Assembly (NCBI GenBank): GCA_046080605.1
Contig: JBJTUH010000088.1
Span: 10,028 to 74,027 of the forward strand
DNA: 64,000 nt
From: Vampirovibrionales bacterium
Lineage (GTDB): Bacteria > Cyanobacteriota > Vampirovibrionia > Vampirovibrionales > JAJTHC01
Reading direction: 5' to 3'
Part shown: piece by piece, positions 9,058 through 18,311 of the stretch
Position numbering within the stretch: position 1 is the stretch's first letter
How the letters are laid out: each line of letters starts with the position of its first letter
Notes under the pieces: model-generated
Told to the model about the DNA's origin: nothing
Databases searched by the model: none
The model's input: the letters and a program-made list of their open reading frames with translations, nothing else
Made by a program: the position numbers and the translations under genes

Positions 9058-10536
9058 TTAACGTTTTACCTTATTCCGTATTGCCGCAATAAGTTGAAAT
9101 ACCAAGAAACCCTGAATGATAAGTTGGCATGTAACCGAGACACTCATTAGTGTTGGGTGACAAGACATAGCCTTTTTCCACGTCGTTTCAAGAGTCTTTT
9201 TTATGAAGTAATCAGTGGGTAACGATAGGTTTAGACTTGTCCACCAGTGTTTTAGCCAGATCGATTGGTTTGTATTGTTAACAAGACAAGGTGCATTTAA
9301 TGAGTGATAAATCCATGCAAATACTCTTGAATTAATGAATAACCATACAATAGGTAACCCTATTGATAATCCAAAATGAGAGGAGTATAAATACAGTCTT
9401 AGTAAAACACCTTCTGGGGAAATGCAGTTTGTAACACCCCGAAGCCTGAACCAACTTTCCCAAAAGTAGAAGCTATGAGCAAGTTGTACTTCTCCTCTCT
9501 CTTGAGCCTTTGCTTTTAACTGGCTGTAGGTAATTCTTCCCTGCATTGCTTCTGTGGGCGAAGTATACTTTTCGTGAAGGCTAGGGGGTAAGCTTCCATG
9601 ATGAACCCACCATGTAAAAAAGTGATCAAAAAAGAAGAATAAGTTTATTATAATTTTATTAAGGAACTGAGTAGTTTTATTGCAATAAATAATTGTTTTA
9701 TTGGTAAAATGAGTAATTTTATTATATAAATCAATTATTTTGTTGAGAAACTGAGCAGGTTTATTATATAAATTAATTAATTCTGTTAAATATGTTTTTA
9801 TGTTTTCTATTGGAAATTGACGGGTTGTACTGTCTGGGAAAATACACTGGTCAAAGATAAACCCTGTTAAGCCATTTCCTCCTTCAATAGAAACATGTCC
9901 TAAGTCCCATTGAATAAGATAAATAGTTGAGGGGGGTAAGTAGCATTTTCTAAATGTGAGTGGCACACAATCAGTATTGGAGGAAGTGTTTTTTTGGCTT
10001 TCTATCGTATCTCCCTCTTGATCGTATTGTTTAAAGAATAAGGTACCAGAAGAGGCATAATTGATATTTTGAATCTCAGCTTTACCACCGTCATGATAGC
10101 TGACTTCAAAAACGCCTCCTGACTCAAAATGAGTATTATCTATTATGAAGTTACCAAAAACTTTTGTTTTCTCAACTTTAGCACTTTTTAAACATCGAGA
10201 GCTAAAAATAGCAAATCTCTTATGAAACTCACAATTTTCTATATTTAAGGTGTTTTCAAACGTGCAGTTTGAAAATGTAAAACCTTCTTGAAATATTACA
10301 CTTTTAATTTTAACAGGTTTTTCAAATACACAGTTTTGAAACTCGATTGTAAAGTTCAAGTCTCGCATGTTCTGGATGCGGAGTTCAAAATGGCAAGTGC
10401 CTTTAAAGACAAGTGGTATATTTCCCGGGTTCTCAAGCCATTCTGTAAGCTTAGTGTCGAGTTCTTCTTGAGATGTAATCTCGTCAAGTGAAAATTCATC
10501 TGCTGTAGGTATTTGGGTGGGTATCTGGTCTATCAT
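9058..10536 (-). CDS. Pentapeptide-repeat-like N-terminal domain fused to a multi-TM C-terminal domain; AT-rich gene
   Basis: N-terminal tandem A(N/D)LxF-type repeats (FQNCVFEKPV, FSNCTFENTL, IENCEFHKRF). A central 14-aa repeat region (LNKIIDLYNK...). C-terminal hydrophobic segments (LSIGLPIVWLFINSRVFAWIYHSL, LIIQGFLVFQLIAAI). GC is far below the window average, about 25-35% over 9600-10400. Confidence 0.4.
   Translation of the reverse strand: MIDQIPTQIPTADEFSLDEITSQEELDTKLTEWLENPGNIPLVFKGTCHFELRIQNMRDLNFTIEFQNCVFEKPVKIKSVIFQEGFTFSNCTFENTLNIENCEFHKRFAIFSSRCLKSAKVEKTKVFGNFIIDNTHFESGGVFEVSYHDGGKAEIQNINYASSGTLFFKQYDQEGDTIESQKNTSSNTDCVPLTFRKCYLPPSTIYLIQWDLGHVSIEGGNGLTGFIFDQCIFPDSTTRQFPIENIKTYLTELINLYNKPAQFLNKIIDLYNKITHFTNKTIIYCNKTTQFLNKIIINLFFFFDHFFTWWVHHGSLPPSLHEKYTSPTEAMQGRITYSQLKAKAQERGEVQLAHSFYFWESWFRLRGVTNCISPEGVLLRLYLYSSHFGLSIGLPIVWLFINSRVFAWIYHSLNAPCLVNNTNQSIWLKHWWTSLNLSLPTDYFIKKTLETTWKKAMSCHPTLMSVSVTCQLIIQGFLVFQLIAAIRNKVKR
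9646..9803 (-). repeat. Degenerate ~42-nt tandem repeat (about 4 units) inside the 9058..10536 CDS
   Basis: Units begin ttattataat.../ttattgcaat.../ttattatataaatcaatt.../ttattatataaattaatt... They encode 14-aa repeats KPAQFLNKIIDLYN / KITHFTNKTIIYCN / KTTQFLNKIIINLF. Confidence 0.5.
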
Positions 10537-10828
10537 TTTTGTCTTTTAATCTATCTTGCGACCATCTATTGATGGTTTATCAATTACTTATGATGTTTAA
10601 TTAAAGATAAAACTTTATAAAATAATGGATGTTTATTCATTTTACTGAAAATGGTTTTGTATCTCAAGGTGACAGATAATAGGTCTCTTTTCAAGGTTCT
10701 CTTGTAAGAATAGGATGAACCTTAAAAAGCATTTTTTTCATGGGCTAGAGTAAAAAAAGCCATTCGTTCAGTGCCAATGCACCAGTACCTTTGGATGTTT
10801 TTCTCTCCTTTTTAGCCCTAAGGACCCC

Positions 10829-12790
10829 ATGCCCATGATATTTTCTTTCCACGAGCCTCATGAATCCTCTGAGATGTCTGATGACATTATGCACATGCCT
10901 CTAGGTGCATCAGAGGAAACCCGTGCTAACATGTTAGCCATTGCTCACGAAGAAGAAGCCAGTGTGATTGCTTGGTGCAATGCGTTTAAGCAAAAAGCAA
11001 CCACGTATGCACAGGCAAAAAAACAAAAACTAGAGGTTGCCTATCGACATTTACAAGGGGTGTTTGACGCACAAGATGCCCTTCCTGTGCCTTTTATGAC
11101 GCAGCCAGGGATTGCAGATGCCCGCACACAACAGCGTTTAGACAAACAACGTCCTAAAACGTTTTTTCCGTTGACAAAACAGGTGGTGCATCAGTTATAT
11201 GCCCAGCTAAAACTCACGTTTTTCCCCAACGATGAAGATTACTTCCGAGTCAGAGGACGTGACCCTGAAGCAGCACTACTGGAAGATGATTTGACAGATG
11301 CACTCAAGCAGGTGTTCAAGGAAAACTTATTAACCGAACAACTAGGGGCTTTTCTGTTTGATTTATGTTGGGCAGGCATGGGGTTTGCCATTCCTGCCAT
11401 GGAAACCATCACCCAAAGTGAATGGTACTGGGATGAGGTTCAAGCCACTTATCAGTACCGCCCTGTGTTACAACAACGTATGACCTTGCATACCCTGCAT
11501 CCTATGAGCTTTTTCATTGACCCTCAAGCCTCTCTTGGACGATGGCATGAAAGTGCATGGTGTCATGTGGGAAAAAAGAAAATCAGATCCATCTTGGAAG
11601 AAGGATGTTCACAGCGTCACGTCCAACGGTTTCAAGCTCTTTTATATGGTACACATACCCTTGAGGACACCTTACGCTTTTCTGGCCTTACCCATGGGTA
11701 TCAGTTACATACTCATTTACCTTCCCCTGGAGAGACGGGGTCTTTTCCTGAGGAGTCTTCCCATGCCATGACGGGTGGAGCGTCTGGCAGTTTGCATGAA
11801 AAAGCCCTGACCTATGAAACGTTTTACTTTCCGTATTTAGAACTGCGTCATGACACAACCCAAGCCGTGAGGGTGTTACGTCATGTGAGTGTTCATGTGG
11901 TAGAGCATCAGTGGGTCGTGGGCGTGTATCCTAATACGTCCCCTCGTGCGGAAAATCCTGCGGTGTTTTGTCATTGGCATTTAACCCCAGAAGGACCCTA
12001 TGGTGAAGGTCCTGCAGAGGCTATCACTGAGTTACAACGCCTCGTAAATATCCTTGAAAATTACAAATTAGAAGCAATGGCACGTATTGGTAACCGTTTT
12101 GTGGTGCCTGAAGGGACTGACTTAAGTCAGTTTTTTGGTGTGGCAGGCGGTATTATGGTGACGGAGCGTCCGAATGATGTACAATCGTTCCATGGCGATT
12201 TCTCAGAAATTGCTACACTGATGAATCAAATAGGGATGCTCAAAGCCGAGGCTCAAATCACTTCAGGGGCGAATCATGCCTTCCAAGGTGCCAGTCAAAT
12301 TGACTTCAAAAAAACGGCGACTGAAATGCAAATCCTTCAGGAGCAAACCATTAATGATTTGCGTGAAGTGATTGAACATATCGGTATTATGGGAATTAAG
12401 CCTTTATTAGAGCGGTTTATGGTGTTAGTGGCACACCATGCGACTGAACCGATGTTGATTCGACAAGATAGCCCTACGGAAGGTACGGTCTTTAAATCGT
12501 TAGACTTACGAGTACTATTGTCGGGACGCTTTCATATTGAGGTGGTGAGTATTAATGTAGGACAAAGTAAGCAAAAGCAGTTGGAGTGGTTGACACAGCT
12601 GTTAACGCTTACCCAGAAAAATCCTGTATGGTCTCAGCAACTCAAGCAGGGTGGGTACCCTATTTTGAAAAAAATGGCAATGATTGCAGGTATGAAAGAT
12701 GTAGATGCTTTTCTCACCCCTCCTGTTGCTTCGTTTGAGGGAGGAGCGTCGGGGGATACTGCACCTTCTATGACGGTGCCTCCTATGTAG
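10829..12790 (+). CDS. Hypothetical protein resembling T7-like podovirus head-to-tail connector (portal) protein
   Basis: 653 aa intact ORF with normal GC. From my memory of T7 gp8, segments run in parallel. LYAQLKLTFFP matches LASKLMLALFP. DLCWAGMGF matches LVVAGNVLL. YGEGPAEAITELQRLVNILEN matches YGRSYIEEYLGDLRSLENLQE. GIMVTERPNDVQSF matches GDFVTGRPEDISF. No capsid or terminase neighbours are present. Confidence 0.45.
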   Translation: MPMIFSFHEPHESSEMSDDIMHMPLGASEETRANMLAIAHEEEASVIAWCNAFKQKATTYAQAKKQKLEVAYRHLQGVFDAQDALPVPFMTQPGIADARTQQRLDKQRPKTFFPLTKQVVHQLYAQLKLTFFPNDEDYFRVRGRDPEAALLEDDLTDALKQVFKENLLTEQLGAFLFDLCWAGMGFAIPAMETITQSEWYWDEVQATYQYRPVLQQRMTLHTLHPMSFFIDPQASLGRWHESAWCHVGKKKIRSILEEGCSQRHVQRFQALLYGTHTLEDTLRFSGLTHGYQLHTHLPSPGETGSFPEESSHAMTGGASGSLHEKALTYETFYFPYLELRHDTTQAVRVLRHVSVHVVEHQWVVGVYPNTSPRAENPAVFCHWHLTPEGPYGEGPAEAITELQRLVNILENYKLEAMARIGNRFVVPEGTDLSQFFGVAGGIMVTERPNDVQSFHGDFSEIATLMNQIGMLKAEAQITSGANHAFQGASQIDFKKTATEMQILQEQTINDLREVIEHIGIMGIKPLLERFMVLVAHHATEPMLIRQDSPTEGTVFKSLDLRVLLSGRFHIEVVSINVGQSKQKQLEWLTQLLTLTQKNPVWSQQLKQGGYPILKKMAMIAGMKDVDAFLTPPVASFEGGASGDTAPSMTVPPM

Positions 12791-12822
12791 TATCTTGCGG
12801 TAAGGTTGCGAGAGATGACAAA

Positions 12823-12862
12823 AGCATCACGAGCCACTGACTCGTGATGCTTGGTTTTATGG
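12823..12862 (+). terminator. Rho-independent terminator after the portal-like gene
   Basis: 11-bp stem AGCATCACGAG / CTCGTGATGCT with loop CCACTGA, then TGGTTTTATGG. Confidence 0.5.
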
Positions 12863-13213
12863 CTACTTTATAAGGGAAACACTATGAAAAATCCTGTGAG
12901 GATGCTTAGTGGCATAAGGTACTGACAAACCATAAAATGGCTGAAATGGCACCGCAAACGCCTGCCGCTAAGCAAATAAGCTTTACACTTGGGGTGAGTT
13001 CACCTGTGGAAGCATCTAAACCGTAATGAATATAGGCAAAATTAGTATGGGACATGGTCTTAGGGTCTCTTTCTCTCGTGAGGCTGGGGGTGGGGGGAGC
13101 GTGTGTATTAACGCAAGCTAAGGGTTAGGGTCATAGAGGTTTCACTGAGTTTATCTGGTGTGAAGAAAAGCTTCTCATCTCTCACAGAATCGGAGGAGGG
13201 TGAAGGACTTGCC

Positions 13214-14458
13214 TCAGGGTAATAAAAACGGTTGGATGGCAGAAATTGCCTTTTCTTGGAGTTGCCTTGTGTATACCGCACTATCAGTGTGTGAAGGTAC
13301 AAGCTGAAGCATCTTTTTAGCCATGCTTCCCATGCCTGCACCATGAACCTCTAAACGTGCTTGTTGTACTGGATGGCGATAAAATACGGCACTTTCAGGA
13401 CTAATCCCCCCTGAGAGTGTCAGCCAAGTCCAAGGAGGGTTGAAGGAAGGAGAAAGGGTGTGATAACGTGCATGCATACGATAGGCAACATGCCAAGCGT
13501 ATGCATGAGGAGAGGTCTGAGAGGGCATTGTATTAGACGTTTGGATGCCTTGTTGTTGTAACTGGTAGCCCGCCCCACCCATGGCAATGCCATCCACTTG
13601 AGCCATCCATACTTTATGGGTATTGATGGTTTTAACCCATGTGTCAAATGTTGCCAGAAAAGTCTGCTCTTGTGCTTTACACGCTAAAGAGGCTTCCTCT
13701 GTGACAGGTCGCCAACATAACGAGAGGAGCTTGTCCTTTAATCCATCTTCGAGTGAGGTGAGCAGCTGTAAGAGTGCTTCTTGGTTGAGGTGTTCTGTAT
13801 GAAGTTCTACCATCGTAATGGCAGGGTGACGTAAGAGGGTTTGGAGTGTTTCAGAGGCTTGCGTGATAGGGTGTAATGAGAGTGCTTCTGTTGGACAAAC
13901 GGGAATACATTGGTTACAGCCGTAACATCGGGTATGAACCATGTCAAGAGGATGACTTGGCGTGGGCGTATCAGGCAGTGCAAAAACTTGGGTGGGGCAT
14001 ACGGGGATGCAGGCACTACACTGAATACAGGCTTCTGTCTGGAGTTCAATGGTTTTAAAGTGAGGGTCGCCGTCAACATCAAGGCTTACCATGAGGGCGG
14101 GAAAAATAGGTGTAGGGCCTGGGTGGTCTAGGGCTAAACGTTTGAAACTTTCTAAGACCGTCTCAAGCACGGAGGGGTCTGCTGCAAGGTCAAAAACTTG
14201 AACGCCACTGAGGGCGTACGCCGTACATAGTTTTTCAATGAGTTCGGTATCTTTAAAACTTGCCCCTAAAATAAGCTTAATATACCTGTGGTGCCTCAAG
14301 GCTTCTATCACTTCGGGTAGGCGATAATGGGTGATAACAGGCATAGGACGAACGCTTACAGGATGGTTTCTTCTATAGATGGTGAGTGCTACACTAGGAA
14401 AGCTTTTGGTATCAATGGTGTGTCGTAACGGCACTCTCTGCGAGCAAAGAAAGCACAC
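13214..14458 (-). CDS. LdpA-like iron-sulfur protein (Ycf23-like N-terminal region plus two 4Fe-4S ferredoxin motifs)
   Basis: Two CxxCxxCxxxCP motifs (CIQCSACIPVCP, CYGCNQCIPVCP). N-terminal KLILGASFKD...VFDLAADP region resembles Ycf23/LdpA. The likely true start is the ATG at 14344 (MPVITHYRL...). Confidence 0.4.
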   Translation of the reverse strand: MCFLCSQRVPLRHTIDTKSFPSVALTIYRRNHPVSVRPMPVITHYRLPEVIEALRHHRYIKLILGASFKDTELIEKLCTAYALSGVQVFDLAADPSVLETVLESFKRLALDHPGPTPIFPALMVSLDVDGDPHFKTIELQTEACIQCSACIPVCPTQVFALPDTPTPSHPLDMVHTRCYGCNQCIPVCPTEALSLHPITQASETLQTLLRHPAITMVELHTEHLNQEALLQLLTSLEDGLKDKLLSLCWRPVTEEASLACKAQEQTFLATFDTWVKTINTHKVWMAQVDGIAMGGAGYQLQQQGIQTSNTMPSQTSPHAYAWHVAYRMHARYHTLSPSFNPPWTWLTLSGGISPESAVFYRHPVQQARLEVHGAGMGSMAKKMLQLVPSHTDSAVYTRQLQEKAISAIQPFLLP

Positions 14459-14500
14459 GATAACCTTTCTGCTTTTATTATCATACCTAGAAGGAACGCA

Positions 14501-14785
14501 ATGTCCATGTTTTCAGCCCCTCTTCTTCCAGACCCTATACCAGAGCCTCGTTCGGGAGGTATTACACTAGAAGGCTTACCTTGGCTTGCCAGAATGACTG
14601 ACAAAGCAAGGCTACAACCCACGGGTGCCTTAACCATCTTAGATCTTGATTATCCCTGTCCGATGGATCAGCAATTGTTACGAAAGCTTCAGCTTACAGG
14701 AGAGTCTTTTCAAGCCCTAGCACTTGCTTTGGATGATGCTGCCCTTGTGACTCATTTGAAAGCTCATGGGCATTGGCCTGTTTAA
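14501..14785 (+). CDS. Conserved small hypothetical protein (GLPWLARMTDKARL motif)
   Basis: 94 aa. The motif LEGLPWLARMTDKARL resembles a conserved DUF-type small-protein family. The function is unknown. Confidence 0.3.
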   Translation: MSMFSAPLLPDPIPEPRSGGITLEGLPWLARMTDKARLQPTGALTILDLDYPCPMDQQLLRKLQLTGESFQALALALDDAALVTHLKAHGHWPV

Positions 14786-15184
14786 CGCTCGGCCTTGCCT
14801 AAAAAAAAGGGGATAGAATATTCAATATTCTATCCCTCTCTCTGCAATCACACTAGAACGCAAAAGGTCGGGTTTATCCCTAAGTGGTTGTTATGAAAAT
14901 AGCTCACTCACAAAAGTAACTTCAAAAGATACTAAAAATATTAGTGAGTCAGCACACTGGCAGTGATGTCATTTATGCGTGTGATTTCGCCGAAAACGTC
15001 GCCTTTTATGAGACATGATGTCTGTTTTAGGAAACTCATATCGTACAAAGCGTACTTTACATGACTTACCCAAGAACTGTTGCGAAAGTTTCAAAAGGAA
15101 ATACTATAAAAACATAACCAATTTTACTATGACATGTTTTTTCGAAAATGTCAATTCTGTGACAATACTTTTGGCGCAGAGGTT

Positions 15185-16840
15185 TCAGGCAGAAGCTTGT
15201 TTAGGATGAACATGATGTACCCAACATGTTGTAAACACGCCTAAAAGGATCCACATGAGACACTGAATAGGAGGACGAAACCAGACCGTATCCACAAAGC
15301 CATGAAGAAGTAAAATGGCAATGGCAGAGCCACTTGCAAGAAGTATCCATGGGGTATCTGTGGATGTGGCGTTTGTCGTCTTAGGGTCTTGAGGCGGTGT
15401 TTCGATGGTACCCATAAGGCAAATACTTATCAGTACCCCTAGCCCCAGGAACCATAGTAAGCCTCCAAGCCCCAGTTCAACAAAATACTCAAGAGGTACA
15501 CTGTAAGCACCAAGGGCGTTAAAGCCGCTGTGCATGTAAAAACCGTACACTTTTTTGAAGGTATCGTTTCCTGGACCAATGCCAAATAGCCAATGGTCTT
15601 GAATCATGTGTAACACACTCTGATAGACATGAAAACGATAGGCAATGCTACTGTCTTCTGCCATTTTCCCAATAGAAAGTAGACGATTCAGTAAGGCAGG
15701 CGAGAGCCATAATGCACAGCTTGCTAACAGAGTAGTTGTGCCTCCTAGGGTTAGCCACCATGTTTTCAGGCGTTGCTTGGTGTCTGTTCCTCTGTCTGTG
15801 GTTGTTGGCACATACCACAGGACATGTCCTAGGGCTAAGTAACTTGCCAATGTCATGCAACCTGCAGACACGTAGGCACCACGGCATCCGCTCAACAAGA
15901 TACCCAATAACAAGAGTCCTGTCAGTGTGACTCCAAGTACTAAGGGCTTCAATGAGATTGCTTTTGTGGTTTGGTGGGTAGGGTGTTGCTGTAGCTTCGG
16001 GTGTATGAGGTGTTCCCAAAGAGGGCGAATGACTCCGAGAATCAGAGTCAAAGCGTAAGTAGGTAGTAAAAACCCTGCATACAAATTAGGGTTTAAAGGC
16101 AGCAGTGTTCCAAATACTCGTGTGAGTTGGTGTTCGGGTAATGTCGAGGGGTCAACCCATGTAGCTTGAGGGGCAACGCCTAGCTTGTATTGATAGAGTC
16201 CAATGCCTGCTTGAAGGATGCCCGCTCCTATCACCCAATACAACGGGTGCCAATGCTTGATGGGGGTTTTGGTTTTTTGTGTCACTAAGTAGTGGCAAGC
16301 GATTCGGGTAAAGCCGTAGCAGGGGATGACCATCAGGCTATATTTGAGCCATCCAATCAAAGCGCTTGAAATAAAAGAGGACCAAGCGGTGGCTAAAACA
16401 ATGAGTGCAAGGTAAAGGAGGACATACTGGTCTAGAAGTGCTTTAGGGTGTACCAGCCACTGCCATAGGTGTTGAAGGGTCAATGCGATGCCTTGACGGT
16501 ACCCTGCCACACCTCCCCATAAGAGGCAGGAACTTACCAGCATCAGTGCAATCGCATCAGAGGACATAACAGAAAATCCTACAAGCCATACTAGCCAGGT
16601 ACTCCAGAGTCCGAGTATCATACCCCAAGAAGTCTGAGGCACTGCTGCTTCACCAATACTGTTAGTGTCTGTTAGCGTAGGCTCTTGGAGCAATGAAACA
16701 GTAGGCGACTTCCATAAAACTCGACACAGCCACCCAATGAACCTAGAGTGCCATAGGGCATCACCCCAAGGACTCAACCAAGCAGTTTTGGAGTAAGGTG
16801 TATCTTCGGAAGCAACAAGGGAGGCGGGCATATCGGGCAT
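15185..16840 (-). CDS. O-antigen ligase (Wzy_C)-family polytopic membrane protein, IctB-like
   Basis: 551 aa with at least 10 TM segments and a large periplasmic loop. It resembles the O-antigen ligase / cyanobacterial IctB family. Confidence 0.45.
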   Translation of the reverse strand: MPDMPASLVASEDTPYSKTAWLSPWGDALWHSRFIGWLCRVLWKSPTVSLLQEPTLTDTNSIGEAAVPQTSWGMILGLWSTWLVWLVGFSVMSSDAIALMLVSSCLLWGGVAGYRQGIALTLQHLWQWLVHPKALLDQYVLLYLALIVLATAWSSFISSALIGWLKYSLMVIPCYGFTRIACHYLVTQKTKTPIKHWHPLYWVIGAGILQAGIGLYQYKLGVAPQATWVDPSTLPEHQLTRVFGTLLPLNPNLYAGFLLPTYALTLILGVIRPLWEHLIHPKLQQHPTHQTTKAISLKPLVLGVTLTGLLLLGILLSGCRGAYVSAGCMTLASYLALGHVLWYVPTTTDRGTDTKQRLKTWWLTLGGTTTLLASCALWLSPALLNRLLSIGKMAEDSSIAYRFHVYQSVLHMIQDHWLFGIGPGNDTFKKVYGFYMHSGFNALGAYSVPLEYFVELGLGGLLWFLGLGVLISICLMGTIETPPQDPKTTNATSTDTPWILLASGSAIAILLLHGFVDTVWFRPPIQCLMWILLGVFTTCWVHHVHPKQASA

Positions 16841-16891
16841 GGGATAAACTCTTGAGGATTTCTATCAACCGAGGTGGACACACTTATGGGT

Positions 16892-17419
16892 TTACAGGAG
16901 AGGGGCTTGGGTCGCTTGAATATCAACAATGACCCCATTGACTCGGTAGGAAAACCCTTCGAGTTCTACGGGTAAGCCTTTTTTTAATTTAATACCCTCT
17001 GACACATAGCCATCTTCGGTGATGGCGGCATGGTCTTTCAGGGTGAGTGTATAAGAGCGTGCAAGTGGGTCTGTCGCATCTGGAGCCCAGTGAGGTTTCC
17101 CATAAGCATCACTGACCAAGGTGAGCTTTGGTTCTACTTTGACATGGGTAATAGGCAGGGCACCTCGAGGCACATTCCTGACGGTGAGTGCAGTTTCTTC
17201 ACCTGCCTTGAATAAGTCTGGCTGCAGGGTACGAAGGTTCATGATAAATACGGTCATTTGAACGTCTGTTTCCCCTTTCACCACCTGTTTGGCTGTGCGA
17301 TGCAGACCAACTTTGACGGCTAAAAAGCCTACAAGCCCTATCACGATGATGGCAAGAATGAGTTTGTCAAAGTGAGGTGCAAGTTTTTCAGAGAAGGAGG
17401 GTTGAGGCTGAGACATCAT
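16892..17419 (-). CDS. DUF4330-like membrane-anchored protein
   Basis: N-terminal TM segment (LILAIIVIGLVGFLAV) followed by a beta-rich domain. It resembles a family common in Cyanobacteria and Chloroflexi. Confidence 0.35.
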   Translation of the reverse strand: MMSQPQPSFSEKLAPHFDKLILAIIVIGLVGFLAVKVGLHRTAKQVVKGETDVQMTVFIMNLRTLQPDLFKAGEETALTVRNVPRGALPITHVKVEPKLTLVSDAYGKPHWAPDATDPLARSYTLTLKDHAAITEDGYVSEGIKLKKGLPVELEGFSYRVNGVIVDIQATQAPLL

Positions 17420-17754
17420 GATGAGGAGAGGGTCGCTTTACAGTCAACAATCTTGAGAGTACAAACAGGTAAACAATAGAGGGTGATGAAGTAAGTGGCA
17501 TAAAAATGTTCTATGTATCCATAGTGTTATTATGGAAGTACCTCACGCAAGAATCAAGTACAAACCTTGAAGAAAAGCGTTTGCCCCCAGTCTTTTCCCA
17601 TGGGGATGGGGAGGAGCGGTCTCGTATGTTATACGGATGTTTTAACGCCTATCCCTATGCTATGGTAACAGCATGACGAAGCCTTAGAGCAAGCATCTTT
17701 GGGGTGTGGTATGTCATAAAAGCATGTTGAAATCATAGAAAGAGCTGAAACGAT

Positions 17755-18270
17755 ATGATGACGGCGATTGAAATGCGTGTAATAGGAATTGCACTTGATA
17801 CTCGTACAGGAACCCCTATTGTCGTCCTTAATGATACTGAAAATCGGCGAGCATTGCCTATCTGGATCGGTACCGCAGAGGCAAGTGCAATTATTCGTCA
17901 GTTGGAGCAGATTCATTCCTCTCGTCCTATGACCCACGACTTGCTGTGCAATATGGTAGAAACCTTGGGCTATAAGGTGCTTAGAGTTGAAATTAATGAC
18001 CTTAATACAGATACGTACTATGCCTCTGTGGTGGTGAAACATCAAGAGCTTGAGGTAGAGTTTTTGGTGGATGCCCGCCCTTCTGATGCCATTGCGATTG
18101 CACTCCGTGCCGAGGTGCCTATTTTTGTGACACCTAATGTGATTGCGAATGGGACGATTTCCACGAATGTGGAGCGAGATGAGGAAGAAGCACGCCAGTT
18201 TCAAGAGTTTGTCTCGAACTTGAAAGCCTCTGATTTTATTCGAGAACCCTTTGATAAAGACCTGCACTAA
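17755..18270 (+). CDS. Bifunctional nuclease (BFN/DUF151) family protein
   Basis: Signature VDARPSDAIAIALRAEVPIFV, plus the N-terminal PIVVLND...ALPIWIG pattern typical of OmBBD-like BFN domains. Confidence 0.6.
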   Translation: MMTAIEMRVIGIALDTRTGTPIVVLNDTENRRALPIWIGTAEASAIIRQLEQIHSSRPMTHDLLCNMVETLGYKVLRVEINDLNTDTYYASVVVKHQELEVEFLVDARPSDAIAIALRAEVPIFVTPNVIANGTISTNVERDEEEARQFQEFVSNLKASDFIREPFDKDLH

Positions 18271-18311
18271 GTTAAGGTATCAAGGGTATCCCCTCTCATA
18301 CTCTGACGCAG

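Noticed and set aside
5706-12790. Interpreting tRNA-Phe through the portal-like gene as an intact integrated prophage
   Set aside because: No integrase, terminase, capsid or tail genes are present. Pat has host-like composition. No obvious direct repeat of the tRNA 3' end was found by eye. At most a highly decayed relic.
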